Origin: Acanthaster planci
Lineage: Eukaryota
Assembly (NCBI RefSeq): GCF_001949145.1
Contig: NW_019091355.1
Span: 4,700,625 to 4,764,624, forward strand
Direction: 5' to 3'
Length of the DNA: 64,000 nucleotides
Positions 14,301 to 29,300 of the stretch are shown here, in pieces (position 1 is the first letter of the stretch; the number at the start of each line of letters is the position of its first letter). Made by a program: the position numbers and the translations under genes. Under the pieces are notes generated by a model, which saw only the letters and a list, made by a program, of their open reading frames with translations, was not told where the DNA came from and made no database searches.

Positions 14301-17300
14301 GGAGACTATCTAATGTGCCTACAAACAGTACAAATGCGACACAAGTGTTTCCTTAAGAAATTTTAACAGCAATAAAGCTTATAAATGAATCCAGCTACCG
14401 TGGTTACACCATCACTGGTCCTTTCCAGCAGCCCCCTGCAATGGCAATAATTAGGCTCTGTGGTGATTATTCTACAAGGCCACTGTTCCACGACAGGTGT
14501 TCCGTACAAAAACCAACACAGTGCTTTCTTTTATTGCTGATGAAGGGGACCATCGGAAATATCCTGTGACAACGTTGCTGGATTTGTCAATGCCAGGCCT
14601 TCCCGTACGAAGGAATATTCTCAGTAAGTCTGACTCAGTATCTGATAGATTTCATTCCCGAAAGAAAACGTTAACCAAAATTATGATGTATTTTGTTCAA
14701 GCCATAACTCTGCTTAGCAGATTTTTCCATGCTCTGGTCTACATGTTAAATTTTTGAACAGCCTGAATGCGGTCAGAGAAAGAAACTCATGTTCCCTAAA
14801 AAAAAAAAAGCCCCCCAAAATCACCTGCATGAACAAACTTCCGTGACTATAATAACCAACTTGACCCATGCAATTTTCGATTATATTTTTTTTCCCTTTT
14901 TTTTGTGGTGGGGAGAAAGCAAATGGGATTGCAGTCAAGCAAGAGAGGCAGGGGTGGAGCTATCTGCAAAGGGGGGGGAGGAGATAGGGTTGCGAGGTTC
15001 ACACACAAGGTTCAATACCTTGATCAAACTTTCAGCCACTTCGTCCTTAGCCTGTTCCTGTGATGTAACAAAACCAGGGAAGTGTGGATTTTTCTTCAAG
15101 TTTTGGCCACTGTCTCCTTGTTTCATTTGTACTAGTACTTATAAAGTTTAATATGGAGCAGAAATCTGTAGTACTGTCCATTATAATTTCTTTCAATATC
15201 AATAAAAAGTGTCCACCATCTTTTCTTTAGTTTTCAGTTCTCACAGGAGCAGATCAAACACTTTTGAGATAGAACTTGCCGTATAAAAAAACTACTTAGT
15301 TTGACAATTTGGTTAAAAGTCTCCCGCCCTTCCCATCCTTATTGTTTTTTCAAGGCTTGAGATGCATTTGGCACTAAGCTATGTACCTTCACAGCAGTCT
15401 CAATATCGGAGGGAACCCGTCTCTGCAAACAAATGGAACAGTCCAAACATGAATATGGAAATATGTAAATTCTATCCAGAAGGATATGAAAAGGAAGACT
15501 CCATATGTCATGAGATCAAATTATCATGACAGCAAACCGGCCAAACAACTGTTTCGTGCACTCAAAATAACAATGCACATTGTCATGATGAATTAAATAA
15601 AAATAAAACGTTCCTGTTCATTTGTTGTTTGTAATTTTAGCATCTTTTGTATTCCCTTGTGGGATGCATTATTCATAAGTCCCTGTGACCAAAAGGTCGC
15701 ACAAGGGGTGGTGATTGAATATAATTCAGGTATCCAACTTTCAATGCAATTAACTTTTGGCCATTTGCCTAACAAGGAAACTCTATCTTATTATCATTTC
15801 CTTCAGAGAGAGAAAGAGCCAACTTTGCTTTACACCTGGAAAATGGCTCACAAACAAATTGAAAGCAGTACAAAACTTGAAGCATGTGGCAAGAAGTATA
15901 AAACCAAAAGGGACATCATCCTGAGAGAGAAGGAAAGCAAAAGCTCAGAATATATTTAAGTTCATGATGCACGTCCTGCCAAAAAAAAAAAGGAACAGAG
16001 TGCTTCAAAGTCTACAAATGTGTGCACTGGAAGTATGCTGCTCTCAAGCAGCTTCATGTTAAACACTGTGGAAGCTGGTGTCATCGCGTGGTGGTGTTGA
16101 TGCCACGGTTTCCCCATGTGTACTCCTTGAAGCTTTGGAAGCCATCCCTCCAGACAAGAAATGCTGGAGGCTACATGTATATGGTCAAAACAGCCAAGGA
16201 TGCCGAGACCCAAATTGAGACTGAGACTAACATCCATTGTGTGACAGGCTTTTAATACAGCAGGGTGTGGGTATCTGACCTTGCTGTGGTTACGTAAAAA
16301 CAAAGAAAAGAGTACTAATGACTCAAACATGACAGCTTGGCAAAAACTAAACACACTTGACATCCCGCATTTCACAATCTAAAACGCCAACCCAACAAAT
16401 TACAAACTTCACACGCCTCAAAAGAAAAACTACAATAATTCAAATCAAAATGAAAAAAACAAACTCAAGTCAACTTACACATCAACTAGCCAATCACAGA
16501 CAATTCTTAGAACAAACCAAACAAAACAGCATCAACTATGACATCACAATTGACCAATCAGATAAAGCCACCAAAGAGTCGTCCAGCCAATGAGGCACTG
16601 TTTCACTGCCCATGGATGCTTGCTCTGTATATTCAAACAATACCTCTGTGCGGACTTCGGTCCTGGTTGTTACAGTACGATGGACTTCTTTCACAATTTT
16701 TCCACTGTAACTATCCAAATCCTAACAGTTGGGTAAGATTAAGACCAACAAAGGCAAGCAGAAGTCTTTGTTTAGATGCAGGCAACACGAAAACCTGGCA
16801 TGTCATTGTAATGCGTGAGTTCTACGAGGTTTTTAATTAGTCTCATGGTTTTTTTAATACTTAAATAAAAAAAAAACAATTATTTATCTCTTCATTTCTC
16901 TTCTGAAAATGGTAGATGTGATCAAATCTGAGGCCATTTCCCAACCTCCATTCTGTCTCCATCTTCAGCTTTAGTCTGGTGGAAGAACCACTCAGCAGTC
17001 TCTGATGTCCAAACCAAACAGAAATCCTCTCAATTTTGGCCTCATAGAAAACATTTTTTTGTTTGGGTTCATTTATTGGCCAATTCCCCCAAAAGTGAGG
17101 GACTTAAAAATTCTCGGGGGCAACAGCCCGAGATGAACTAGAGGACTGAAAGAACACTTTTAATCATCAAAACCACATGTACAAGTATGTTGAATTGGTA
17201 AAAATGTGCAGCTGCACAGTAACAGATAGGTTTTTATTAACTCTAATGTTTTCAAATTACAAGGAGAAAAAAAACCTTGATATAGTATCTGGTATTAAAC

Positions 17301-20300
17301 GTGAAGGAGGCTGGATAGAAAGATTTCAAGCAGTTCTCAAAGAAAACAATGGAACGGAAAACTGAATGCAATAAAAAATCGGTAACAGCATGAAAAAGAC
17401 CAGCTTGAGGTGAACTTCATTGTAAATAGGTACGGCTACGGGGGGGGGGGCAAATGGGAATTTCAAACTTTAAAAGGTAAAAAAAATTAATGGAATTGCT
17501 GACATTTCTGTTGTCAACAAACCATTTCGATTAGTTGGTGAAAATGAGATCACAGGCAGTGGTAAGTATGACGACACTTGGACCAGAGTTGGAGAGGTCA
17601 GAGGCCATGGGGTCAAAGGTTCAAGGAGTTGTGTGGACTGATCCATTTGGTGGGTGGGTTGGGGGTGAAGTGAAGTGAATGCATACCTTGTCTGCTTCAA
17701 TCTCGTCCTGCAATTCACGGAAAGCTCCTCCATCATCCTGATTGGCAAGTTAGTAAATGATCGGACAGGGGAAACAAGCAAAGGGGAGGGGTGTGGACAG
17801 GAACATTCAAGGGATACGGGGCGGGGGGGGAGGAGAAAAAAGTGTAGAGCACCAGTGAGAAATGGAGGATGGAGAAAAAGAGCGGGAGGGAAGGACAACA
17901 GAGGATTGAAAGACAGGGAAATTGGACGGGCGGGGGGTGTCAGAGTTAGGAAGTTCTAGAGTTATGGATGCCTCGAGCAAATCTGATAGGTTATACTGCA
18001 TGTGCTTTGCTGATACTGGGCGTAGATTTCGTAGCAACATTTCATCCAGTTTGTGGGGTTAAAAAGGAGGCCTAATGAACAGCATATCAAACGTTTTCTC
18101 TTTCTTTTCAAAGCCCCCCAAATCGTCAAGATGCGTGACAAAAATTGATACTACCAACAATCCAAATCATGATTATCTAAAACCATCTTGTGTTAAATCT
18201 ATCTCATGGCAAAACTGGCACCAACAAAAAAAAAAACAAAAACAAAAAACCACTACCACACACTTCATTCAAAATTGATCAAAGTCTAATAACGGGTACA
18301 TTCCGACTGAAGCACTTCACGAGTGAAACATGGCATCAAACCTAAAAGATCTAAATGTACACCCGGCCACGATCAAGCTTGCAAGAACCCCAGCCTCAGG
18401 ACAATTGGACAAAGAAAGAAAAATGAACCACATTCCATGACCTGCAAAGAGTCTCCACCAATCTACAGAAACAGTCCCAAGAGTCGCTCAAGCAATGGGC
18501 TGATTGTGACAAGCACAAGATGAAAGAAAAGACTGCATTCAAATGAATTAACGACTACAAAAACTCCAAGGCATGAGACAATGCAGATGTCAACCTACAA
18601 TGGGAACAAAATAAGGCGTCAACAGCGAATAAAACCTTCCCTCTTGTTTTAAAACATGATGCAAAGCCGCAGTAAATAAGAACAAAGAACCAGAAAAAGA
18701 ACACAAAAACACAGTAACCCCTTCTAAAAGAACTTAAACAACTTTTATTTCATTCAGATCTTCCCTTAAAAACTGACATAAAACATCCAGAACATAAGTT
18801 CATCGAAATGCAAAAAGCAAAGCAAAGCACGTAAAACAGACCAATTACAAAGGAGCAGACCTGCAAAATGAAAGCATATTTCACTATAAAAACAGAAAGT
18901 CATGAAATGAAAGAAACAAAACACTAGAAACCAAAATATTCTGCGATCTTATAACAGTAAAAAGGGCATTGATAAAGTTGCTTTCAGCCAAACATCACTG
19001 TTTTAAGCCGAGGTTTCGGTGCTGCTGGATTCCTTTGCTTCAGTGCCTGCTTTGACACACAGCGCTGTGCATGCAGCGGCAAACGGTGGACTTTTTTTTT
19101 TCAGCTAACATCTTGCACCAAGTTGTATGCACCATCTGTCACCCAGTCCGTCATCACATCTGTCATTACCACTGTCTGTGGCAATTCCTCTAAACTTTCT
19201 CTCAGCCACATACCTTTCAACTTTCTGTAACAATCTCTCCCTTTTTTTACTCGATACACCACACTGAAACAACACATTAATGACCTCTTTCTTAGCTAAC
19301 AAACACCAAAAGACAAAAAAAAAGAACTTCAACCAAAGTCAATTCTACCACCCATCTCACACTCACGCACAAAACACAAGGACACAGAACAAGACATGAC
19401 ACGTGCAGACAAGGTGTCCGAGCACAAATTTATACTATGCTAATTACCCCTGTGATGTCAATGGTGACTCCAGGCTTGTGTTTGTCTTCGTCTGGAAAGA
19501 GAAAGAAGCAGACAGAGTTAGTCTAAAGTTCTCCCCAAAACGGGGTTTGAATGTCCAAAATACGTTCAGAAATCTAGTCGAACTGCTATTTTATTTTCCA
19601 CCACTATCATGATCAATCTTCTCCAAGACAAAACTAATGCCAATGGAGCTGCAAGCAAGTTCATTATTTTACACTGAATGAGAATCAGTGCCGTAGTCAA
19701 GTCCACCACAATGCCCAGCACAATTCCTTTTAACAACTCCAGCCACAATTCCTTTCATCACACCAGTCGTAAGTTACAGGGTGAGCAGTGACAAAGAAAC
19801 GCTTCCGTCAGCCTATTTCAACAGCTTTGTGACTTGGCTGAAGAATACATGACTCGCAACTGACGTGCGGCGACTTGTGACGAACTCAACTGCAACACCG
19901 GAATACATGGTGGGACTTCTGAATGATAAACTATCAAATATGTTGTGGAGGGTCCCCTCGTGGCTCAGTTTTTATCAATGGGATCCAACATAATCTTTGA
20001 AGTTTCATGCCATTGTCAGACCCGTCTCACCGTGCTTAAGGCTGGCCTCGTACATGGCCCGCTCCATGTCCCGCAGGAAGTCTGATGTGTCCTCCTCACG
20101 ATCTATCGAGACGTCCATGACTGCGTAGTCTGCGAGACACTTGTTGGCGACGTCACCACGGCCGATTTCGTGGAGCGCGTCTGAGAGTTTGTCGGCTGTG
20201 AGGAATAGGGCAAATCAAGAGAAACTGACAAAACATACTGCACAGATATGGTAACAGAAGAAAACAAAATTAAAAAACGTACAAGAAGGCTGAAAAAAAT

Positions 20301-23300
20301 TGGCGTGGTCTCCTCTTTCACCTTCTGTAACTACCAAATATGGAGTATGTGTTGCCGGCATCTCCACGGTATCGCAGAAGCTGTTTTTGTTGTTTTAAGT
20401 TAATTGCAACAAATGCACAAGAGGTTTACCTGTGCCAATCCCAGTGATACAAAACTTTGAGGATCCACTTACACATAAACTCTATTATTACAGCACTTTT
20501 AAAATTACTTTAGAGATATTTTGAAGTGAAAATCATACACGCACTAGACAGTGGGAAATAGAACACATGAGGAGTCCTCAAATACTTCCGGCAAACACAA
20601 AAGCAAAGCGAATTCGATGACATGAAAAACTGCAGCGAAATTTCCTGACTTGAAATGTGTTCAACTTTTGTGAATTCACAGCGCGGAGATTTGATCTGAC
20701 ATCACAAATTCCCGTTTTTTACTGATGCTGAACTAACAGTAATCACTGAAAGAAATTGGTAGAAAAATCATGTGCTACCAAGTAGTCCCCACCAAAACAT
20801 CTTCCAAAACAAATACTCTGCTACTGTTTGTCTTTCTTTTACAATCAATGTTTATTCACCGTTTTGTTTTCCCTCAGTCCACCAGTACCACTAAATATAG
20901 AAAATCCACCAGCCTTTAAACATGTCGCTCACAAAAAATATTTCACAACTAACCTGAAGTGTACACGCGTAACTGAGGGCAAGCAGTAATTAAAACCTGC
21001 CTGAATAATACTTGAGCTATTCTCTACTTCCTCCAGCCTTCAAGCAGTGAAGCAATGATATGCAGCGTCTTTGTACAGACTAAAATTTATGCCCCTGCGC
21101 ATGGCTTCGTTGGCTGGCATGGCAATACTGTAATATCGCCCTCAAGCGTATACGCATAAGAGCAAATTGGGGTGCACAGTGAGAAAGATTTGTTACTCTA
21201 AACCACTCCCAGCCCACACAGTGGGAGTTTTCACATGTACGTACTTGTGGCATTTTCCTTGGCGTCCTCCGCCCACGCGTGCAACATGACAAAGGCCTGC
21301 TCCTCAATCTCGTCGTTTTCATTCTCAATCTCCTGCAGGTCCTTCTCGCTGACCCCAAGCTGGCGCCCCAGCGCCCGCCAGTCGGTGCCGATCTCCTTGG
21401 CCACCTGCATCAGGCGGATTTCGGCCCTGGCATGGGCGCTGGTCGGACCTGTCAACAAGCGCAAAGGTCATCAACAGTTACTTCACACGCACATTAGGGA
21501 ACAGAAAATGTCGTGATGAAGATGTAACTTTGAATATGATATGCTCGTTTTGCTTTCACTACAAGTTTCATATAAGACATGAACCAACACTTAAAACCAA
21601 CTGATTTCTCTTAAGCTCCTGCAACACTGCTTTAAACTGCACCTGTAGGTGGCCCTGATCGGGAAGAGTTAACAAGTGATTGCTTTGTAAGGCACCTCAC
21701 ACTTGCAACCTTGTATCCAACTGCAGACATGCTCCAGCAGAACAGCTGTCACATCCTACTTCAATCTTGGTTCCCTGGTCAGCCTTGTCCCCAGCATTTG
21801 GCTGAAAAGTATGCTGCAATGCATTCAGTTCTAATTTCATCGTCAAGTTAACCAAGCTTCCAGACGGTTCTTGCTGGACACTTGCTATCATAAGCAAAGC
21901 CCTTGTCTGATACACAGGAATACGCTACCTTAACCATATACTGCTGGGTTTAATTTGAAGTTGCATGACGTATTCCTGGGGGATTTTCAAGATTTTCCAT
22001 TTTCAAAATTCTTCAAAAATTCATAACTTTATTTACTGGATGTTTACGCCCACACGAATGACTGTCTGGTGGCTACTCTAATCTGACAGACAACATCTAT
22101 TGACGCCCAAGTATTTCAGCCAGGCCTGCCACCTTGTAAAGAGAGCCCTGATGGTGCGGTGTTATGTAATTTTGTTTTGTTCCCGAAATTGGCCCAGTGT
22201 GCTGCTGGCATCTTTTCAAATGCAGACCAGATTAGCGTGCAGCGGTATTGTATCACTCATCCCTGGAGCGCTGGAGTGATTGTCCCCGGTGGTAATCTGC
22301 TCGCGCTGAATGCCACAAACAGAGGTATAATCATTCAAAACAATGACAGATTTCCTCCACTATTGACAACTGAAAAAAATGTTGGCAATTCCCAGCAGCC
22401 TGGTCTTTTGTTCCTTGTACGGTCTTTTGTTACAAGGTCCAGCTCCTTTGTCTGATTTCGGGCACCCCAGCCATGCACATAAAGCCAACGTCTCTGGTAC
22501 CGGGCACCCCGGCACGAAGTGGTTAAGTACAATTCCTTGGCTGCATCAAATGCTTACAATTGTCCTTTCTGGAACAACAAACCTATCCCAGAACAGTTGA
22601 GTTTACCCAGAATATGCCTCTTTGGACATGCAAGCTGACTCCTAGATTCCTAGACATGAATTATAGTGCTGAACAGTACTCACTCATTGCCGGGTCCTGA
22701 AGGAAGGTGTACTTCTTGCGTAGTTTGATTGATGCAAAGTTGAGATTACTAGCCGCTTCATCCTGCAATTGCAGCACCAAAAATACCCACAAAGATAGGA
22801 TTAACATTACATGTTTATGGATGGGGAAAAAACAAGGGATTTTGTTACAGGTGAAAGGTGATTTATTTCATACGCATTTAAAATATACATGCTTACCTTG
22901 CATCAAGACCAAAGCACAATCAGGTTACCTTGCATACGTTACATGGTTATGTGTAATGTGGTGATAAGAAGCCAGACCATCTTCAATTGAATCTGGTTCC
23001 TTCTTTAAAAAAAAAAAAGGCAATCTGTACCGTACATAGATTTATATATAACTTTGCAAGGTAACCAGATTGTTAATGACCTCACCTGGGAAAATCTTCA
23101 CAAAAATTGACTAGTTAGCCCCCTTAACACCAACAAAAGCCTTCATGAAAGCATGTGAATCTTGCTGCTTTTAACTGATACAAAAAGAATTGTTGGATCA
23201 TTTTACTTTTTTTAAATTACCGGGACGTGTTCTGTTAATTAATCACAAGGACTTGTTCTGTTAGTTAAACAGTTTACAAACCAGAATTTATACCTTTGCA

Positions 23301-26300
23301 TCTGACTAACTTCCGACACTGACACAAAAATACAAACAAACAGAATGAGGTAAATGTACACGGACATGTTAGGGCAAAAACAACCAACAAAAGTAGCTAA
23401 ATGTCTTTACATACACGTGTATGCATTTTAAAACCTGTCACATTTATATACAATAAACAAAATATTTGGCCAATGGAAAAACGGTTCAAACTGTTTCAAA
23501 AAGTGGGTTTTGTTAGTACATACATGTATATATTTGCACTACAAGTTGAAAGTAATATTTTCCTTGATTTAGGCTATATTACAACTGTAAATACAAGCAA
23601 TGAAATATACACAGGACTTGAAAAAAAATCAAAACACACTAATGTGACAATGTAACGGCTTCACAATGTGAGGCTTACGATGTTTCATGGTGAACATAAT
23701 AAACACCATCAATGACATATTCAGATACAGCTGGAAAAAAAATTCACGAAGCAACAAAACTAGACGGGCTATCTCTAGTTGTCAATTTTTCTCTTAGCAA
23801 CCAAGACTTTAATACAGGATAAATGGAACAAAAAAGGATATAAACTGCTGCAGGAAAAAGGAGTCACAAGAAACACTTTCTTGTTTTATTTCTTTGGTGA
23901 CAATGACAAATTCAACAAAAAGTCATATCGATAAATGTGACAGTGACAGTCATGAAACTGTTACATCACTTTGCTATCGGGGGGACGGAGAGAGCAGACA
24001 GACATCAAATACACTTTGTTTTACCTTTGGGTACTCGTCAACGCGAGTGAGAGAGTAGATCTGTTTGCCAAGAGGGACGTGTGAATTCAGGCAAAGAATT
24101 AGGGTAAAGAAGAGAGAGATTTTTGTCAGCTGAAGACTAAGTTGGGAGGAAAGAGAAAAACTTGAGGAGATGGACAGACACAAAGAGGGATGGGGGAAGC
24201 TCGATTTGCCTTCTTAAAAAGTCTGTGCCTATCAATTTCGACAAACTCATGTAACCTGAAATTTCAGAGCATCCACTGGTATCTCTGGAAAAATTTTGGT
24301 AAGGCTGGTTGGTTTAGACTGACGTTGGAAGGCTGCTTCAGCACAAGGGATTTAGGGGCCAAGGTGGTTTGTTACTGTCCAATCTGTGCGCAGCAAAGCT
24401 CCTTCCCTTCACTCCTCCCCCCCCCACTTTTATCTCGCTGTCAGTTTACAAACTCAGAGCATGGTCATTTTGAATGATCTCCACTATGATCAGACCATGT
24501 GATTCACGGCAACGTGATATGCACGGCTCTTACTCCAGGCAAGAACTTGCCACGAAACGGCAAAAAAGGGGTAGAAAAGGAAGAAGGAATGGGGAACAAA
24601 ACACAGAAGACATGGTTTCATTTAGTACGTGATTATCACTACCAGTTATGCATAATGAGTCAGTTTGATATTCCAACAGCACATGCTTAACACGCCGCGT
24701 GTCCCAGGTCATTCAGACAAGGGTGCAGAGGTCTGCTCTATCGGCACGTCCCACACAGGCTCATGCCCATTCTTTTTCCCATCAGATAGCCTTGCTTTTT
24801 AGAAACACCAGACTGGCTCATTACGTGTCAAACTCTTTCCACATTTGCTTCATGAGGGGCTTTCACTTTGAAGCAGGAGTTACACACATGGAGAGACAGG
24901 TGCACTGTAATGGGGGACTGAGAAATAACAGTGTCATGGTTTTTTTAGTCCATGTTGACAATCATGCTGATATTTTACAGGGGGCGTAAATTTCCGAAAG
25001 AAAAGGTCAAAGAAAAGGTCAAGGAAACACGTTCCGCACTTTTTAAACTCCAACTAATACATTTTTGTTTTTAAACACATATCTTTTTTGGGGGGGTTCC
25101 CATTCTGTTTTAACAGATTTGGACAGACCTGGGATAGGGTAAGAAATGGGAGACTTGGGATAGGATGGAACATGGGACTCAACAATGTAGGCCACAGTGA
25201 GCAACCGGAAGCATGCGGGCGGGGGGGGGGGTTTACATACAACACGCAGGGCCTTCCATTATTACATTCCTTTCCAGTACCTGAGTGATGGTGGTTTTTC
25301 CCTCTTTCTGCTACAGAAGAGAAAACATAAATTGCTACTTAGTTTCAGTTGCAAGGGCATTTCATCTTGTATTACAAACTTCATAGTCTTCACACTGATA
25401 TTGTAAAACAGTGAAACTAACTGTTCTTAAACTTGATTTTCAGGTAATAAACGTACTGACAAAAAAGGTCAGGCATTTAAATGCCCAATGTATCAAAAGA
25501 ACAAGGAAAGATTTTAAAAGTTTTATGGAATGGTCAATTCAAAATTTAAAAAAAAAAAGGAAAGCAACTTCTTCTGAGAATATTCAAATAAAATGTTTGG
25601 CTTTACAAAGTCATTTCAACAACAAACACAACACGAACGACGAGGTACACTGGGTTACTGTGTTATAACACATACACATGTATCTCGTAATAAAATGGTT
25701 TGCGTTTTCTTTCATTCAAAATTGAGAAAAAAAATATACAATAATTTCCAAAAAAAGAGAAAGAAATGAGGGAATACAACCTCAAAGGTCCCTACCTGGG
25801 AATACTGTTCTCTCTGAAACCATTTTTTGAGGGGGAAGAAAACAGAAGATATCGAATCAAGTTTTGCCATGAGAATGTAAGAAATATTCTGCCATGCAAC
25901 AAAAAAAAGAAAGCCTGCAGTTTTTGTTTTTCCCAAAGCAAATTTATCACGGGCTGAAATCAATAGAAAACAAGACCAACATACGTTTCCAAACTTCCAT
26001 GGCATTAATTTGATCAGATTTCAAATATTGCTGGTGCTGCAATGAAAACCATTCTGTGCATTGAATAACTGTTTCTAATTGGAGACCTTTTCTTTTTCCA
26101 CTGTGCGTCCGTACAGGAAAGCATACATGTGCACACGGATAAGCAGGTTACATTTCACAAATGTAACAGACAGCTGTAACTAATTGACGACATGTGCGGA
26201 AAGCACGCGAGTCAAAGTAACAGAAAGCAATGCTGACTTGGTACACACTCGCAGTGAAAATTTCAAGAAAGATATTCTGTCATCCAGAAAAAGTTCTAAA

Positions 26301-29300
26301 ACAGGAGTGAATTTGTTCAGTGTCTTTCAAAGAGGCAAAACATCTCGAACAGACATGCAGTTTTTACTCGCAACCTGTCAATTCGAGTAACAACCATGAA
26401 AATACTCGCTCAAAAAAGTCTGCCATTTAATGTGCCTGACAAGTTTTCTGCAACAATTCCATGTATGCCCCACAAAATTAATTAACCTTGATTATTTCTA
26501 AAATTACATCATAAAACTGACAGGTGCATCACAACAAAGTTAGATGGGATAAACAACACAAAAAAAGGTCAAAATGTGTTGTGCATTTACACTACACTGT
26601 CAACGTCACCAACTTCAACAAAAACAACATAAACATCTCACTTGAACGCCCACTGACAGAAAACATAGACACAAGCGGCAAAACAGCCAACAAATCCCGG
26701 TGAGAAAAAATTTCTATTTTTCTGTCTTCACAAGGACAACTTGAACCTGATTGGTTAAGTGGAAAATAAAATGAAGCACAAAGTGGGAACTCGGGGACAA
26801 CAAATTCCTCATGCATACCTCGCCTTTCTCCATTCTGTATTCCTACAGAGAGAGAAAAATTGTGGACAGTGAATGGAAGGAAATAAACCAACATGAACAG
26901 AGTGAAGTTTGTTCCACAACTGATGAGGATGATGAGAATCGGCTGGACAGCTTTCATAGGGGTACAACAACCCATGCCGGACGGTTTTCATAGGGGTACA
27001 ACAACCCATGCAACACTCTTTTGAAGATCACAGACAATGACACGCGTATAATCTATGCAGGCACATGTCAGTCATCAAGACACCTCACATCTATTCGTGT
27101 TGAGCAAAAAACTGAGGTACATCTATGCCCTTACTTGACCCTCAGAAGAGAGAGAGAGCCTCCAAAGGGTCATCACAAATCTCTTGTTTGTTTCCATCCG
27201 TGGCTTAACGTCAAGCTCTAGAATCATCTAATGTGAGGGGGGCACCAAACGGGGATTCTTCAGAACTCACCCCCCCCCATTGCAGAGAAGGGAGCTGTGT
27301 TGACCTCAACGGTCTCCACTCAAGAAACTAAAATTCATAAAACTGAAACCTGAAACAGGAGCTGGAGACAGAGCTGAGATTTGGGATATCCCTAAAATGT
27401 TCCCACTGGTTGAATGCGTACAGGCAGACAGCATCGTTCACGCAAGCAGCTGTCAATTCCTTAAAAAGCATTTAAAAATGCTTCCAAACACCGAGGTGTC
27501 CTGACAACAGAGACTATGTGCACCGGATGGAGACTGACCTAGGGTGAATGAAGCACACACATGTGCGCAGTATGTAGTTTTTAACCATGCAAGAACACGT
27601 ATTTGGGAAAATGTACATGTACTGTACATGACCAACATGTACAACGACCAATGCCCCTGACGTGGCGTTTCCTAAAAACGCTCAAATTCAACATATACAG
27701 ACATACATGTACATGTATCACACACACAGATACATGGCAACTTCTGACATTATTCAATACATAAAGTCCCCCACCCACCCATCCTCCAAATAAATGTAAA
27801 CATTCTTTTTGGGGGGGAGGGATCTACAGTGAAAACAATTTGTACAAGTATTGCAACAGTCATGCTCTGTTTCCATTTCCCACATGGATTTCTTCCTCCA
27901 AATTTGCACATTGAATCTCTAACAGAAAAAACATAGAGAAGGATAAATGAACAAACGAAATCGAGATTTCACCGTCTGTCAACGGTGGCCGGCAGGGAAC
28001 TATTACCAAAGCAAAAGGTACAATTAAAAGCAGCAAGATTGGTCACAGGTTTCATGATACTGATGCAGGGTTAACCCATCAAATAAAAAAATCATTTCAT
28101 GACACTCAAATATGCACTGATCATCTTCAATGTACAGCAGCCACAAATGACAGCCTTCAGCAGCCAGGATGGGGAGGAAAAAAAACACAGCTGTTCATGT
28201 TTTAAGTAGAGAAAAGGGGAGCGTGTGGATGTCAAAAAAACTGCCACTTGAACCCGGGGGAAAAAAAATGTGGGCAAATTACACCAGAGCAAAATATAAA
28301 CCTGCGAACTCCAATGCTACAGCTTGTGAAATTTTGGCCTTTCAACAACAAAATCTGTATGCGCTAACATGGTGAACTTGCCCCGTGATCCCATAATGAA
28401 AGAAATGACAAGTGATGGTCCATACACGGTCAAAATAAATCCATAAGCAATCGTTTTTTATGTTTGTTTAAAAAGGTCAGCCCACCAATAAAATGAAATG
28501 CTAATTTCAGTGAAAAAAAAAATCCAGGGAAATACAAGGTACAGAGCCCTAGAACTACTCCTCAGAAATACAGAGCATGGCTCCATTTGTTTTGAGCAAA
28601 TGTCCTTTCATGATATATGCCGGTAACATGCCAGTTGATTTCATCGGTGCACTGACCTTTTTAATTCTTGGTTAGTTCATATTAAAACCATTTCCACCAA
28701 TGCTTCCAACAAAAACTGTTCCCATCAAACAACTGTGACAGACTGAGCCATAGTCTATCGGATGGCAAGAGATTGTTAAATGACGTGATTTTGTCAGAAA
28801 TTTGTGGCATCATCTGTACGAGCACATTTCAGTACTGGCCCCAATATTTCTTGAATTTTTCTTGATTTTTCAAACACACTGAACTTGAAATGCCACTGAA
28901 GCCTGTTTGATGAGGACAGCCCTTGCTCGGAGCAACTGTTTGTGTACGGTACATGTAACCATGGTAACTGCTGATGATGGGTTAGTAACAGCAGGATGAT
29001 GTTTTTACACTTCTTTATATGAGGTGAGGGAAACGTGTCTCCAAAATATCATTCGTGCTTATGTTCACATTCACTATTGGTCAGAACTTTCCTTCATTAC
29101 CATCAACTTTTTCTCTTTTCACTATTCTCCAATTTCTTACAGTGTTCAACTCTCAAAACAGGAGTTCACTGATCCACAATCACCCCCAAGAACACCTTAG
29201 GTCTAAAAAAAGAAAGAAGCTGTTTATCAATTACACGTCACTAAATTTTTAAACACGCCTTTTTCATTTGTTTCTTGTCCTGTCTTCACGTTCATCCTTT

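Noticed and set aside
23294..23318. 25-nt exon candidate with good splice signals
   Set aside because: Not frame-preserving unless it replaces the 22684-22762 exon, and nothing supports that.
27973..27999. 27-nt or 3-nt exon candidate ending at GTGAAA
   Set aside because: The 27-nt form has an in-frame TGA in phase 0; the 3-nt form cannot be told from chance.
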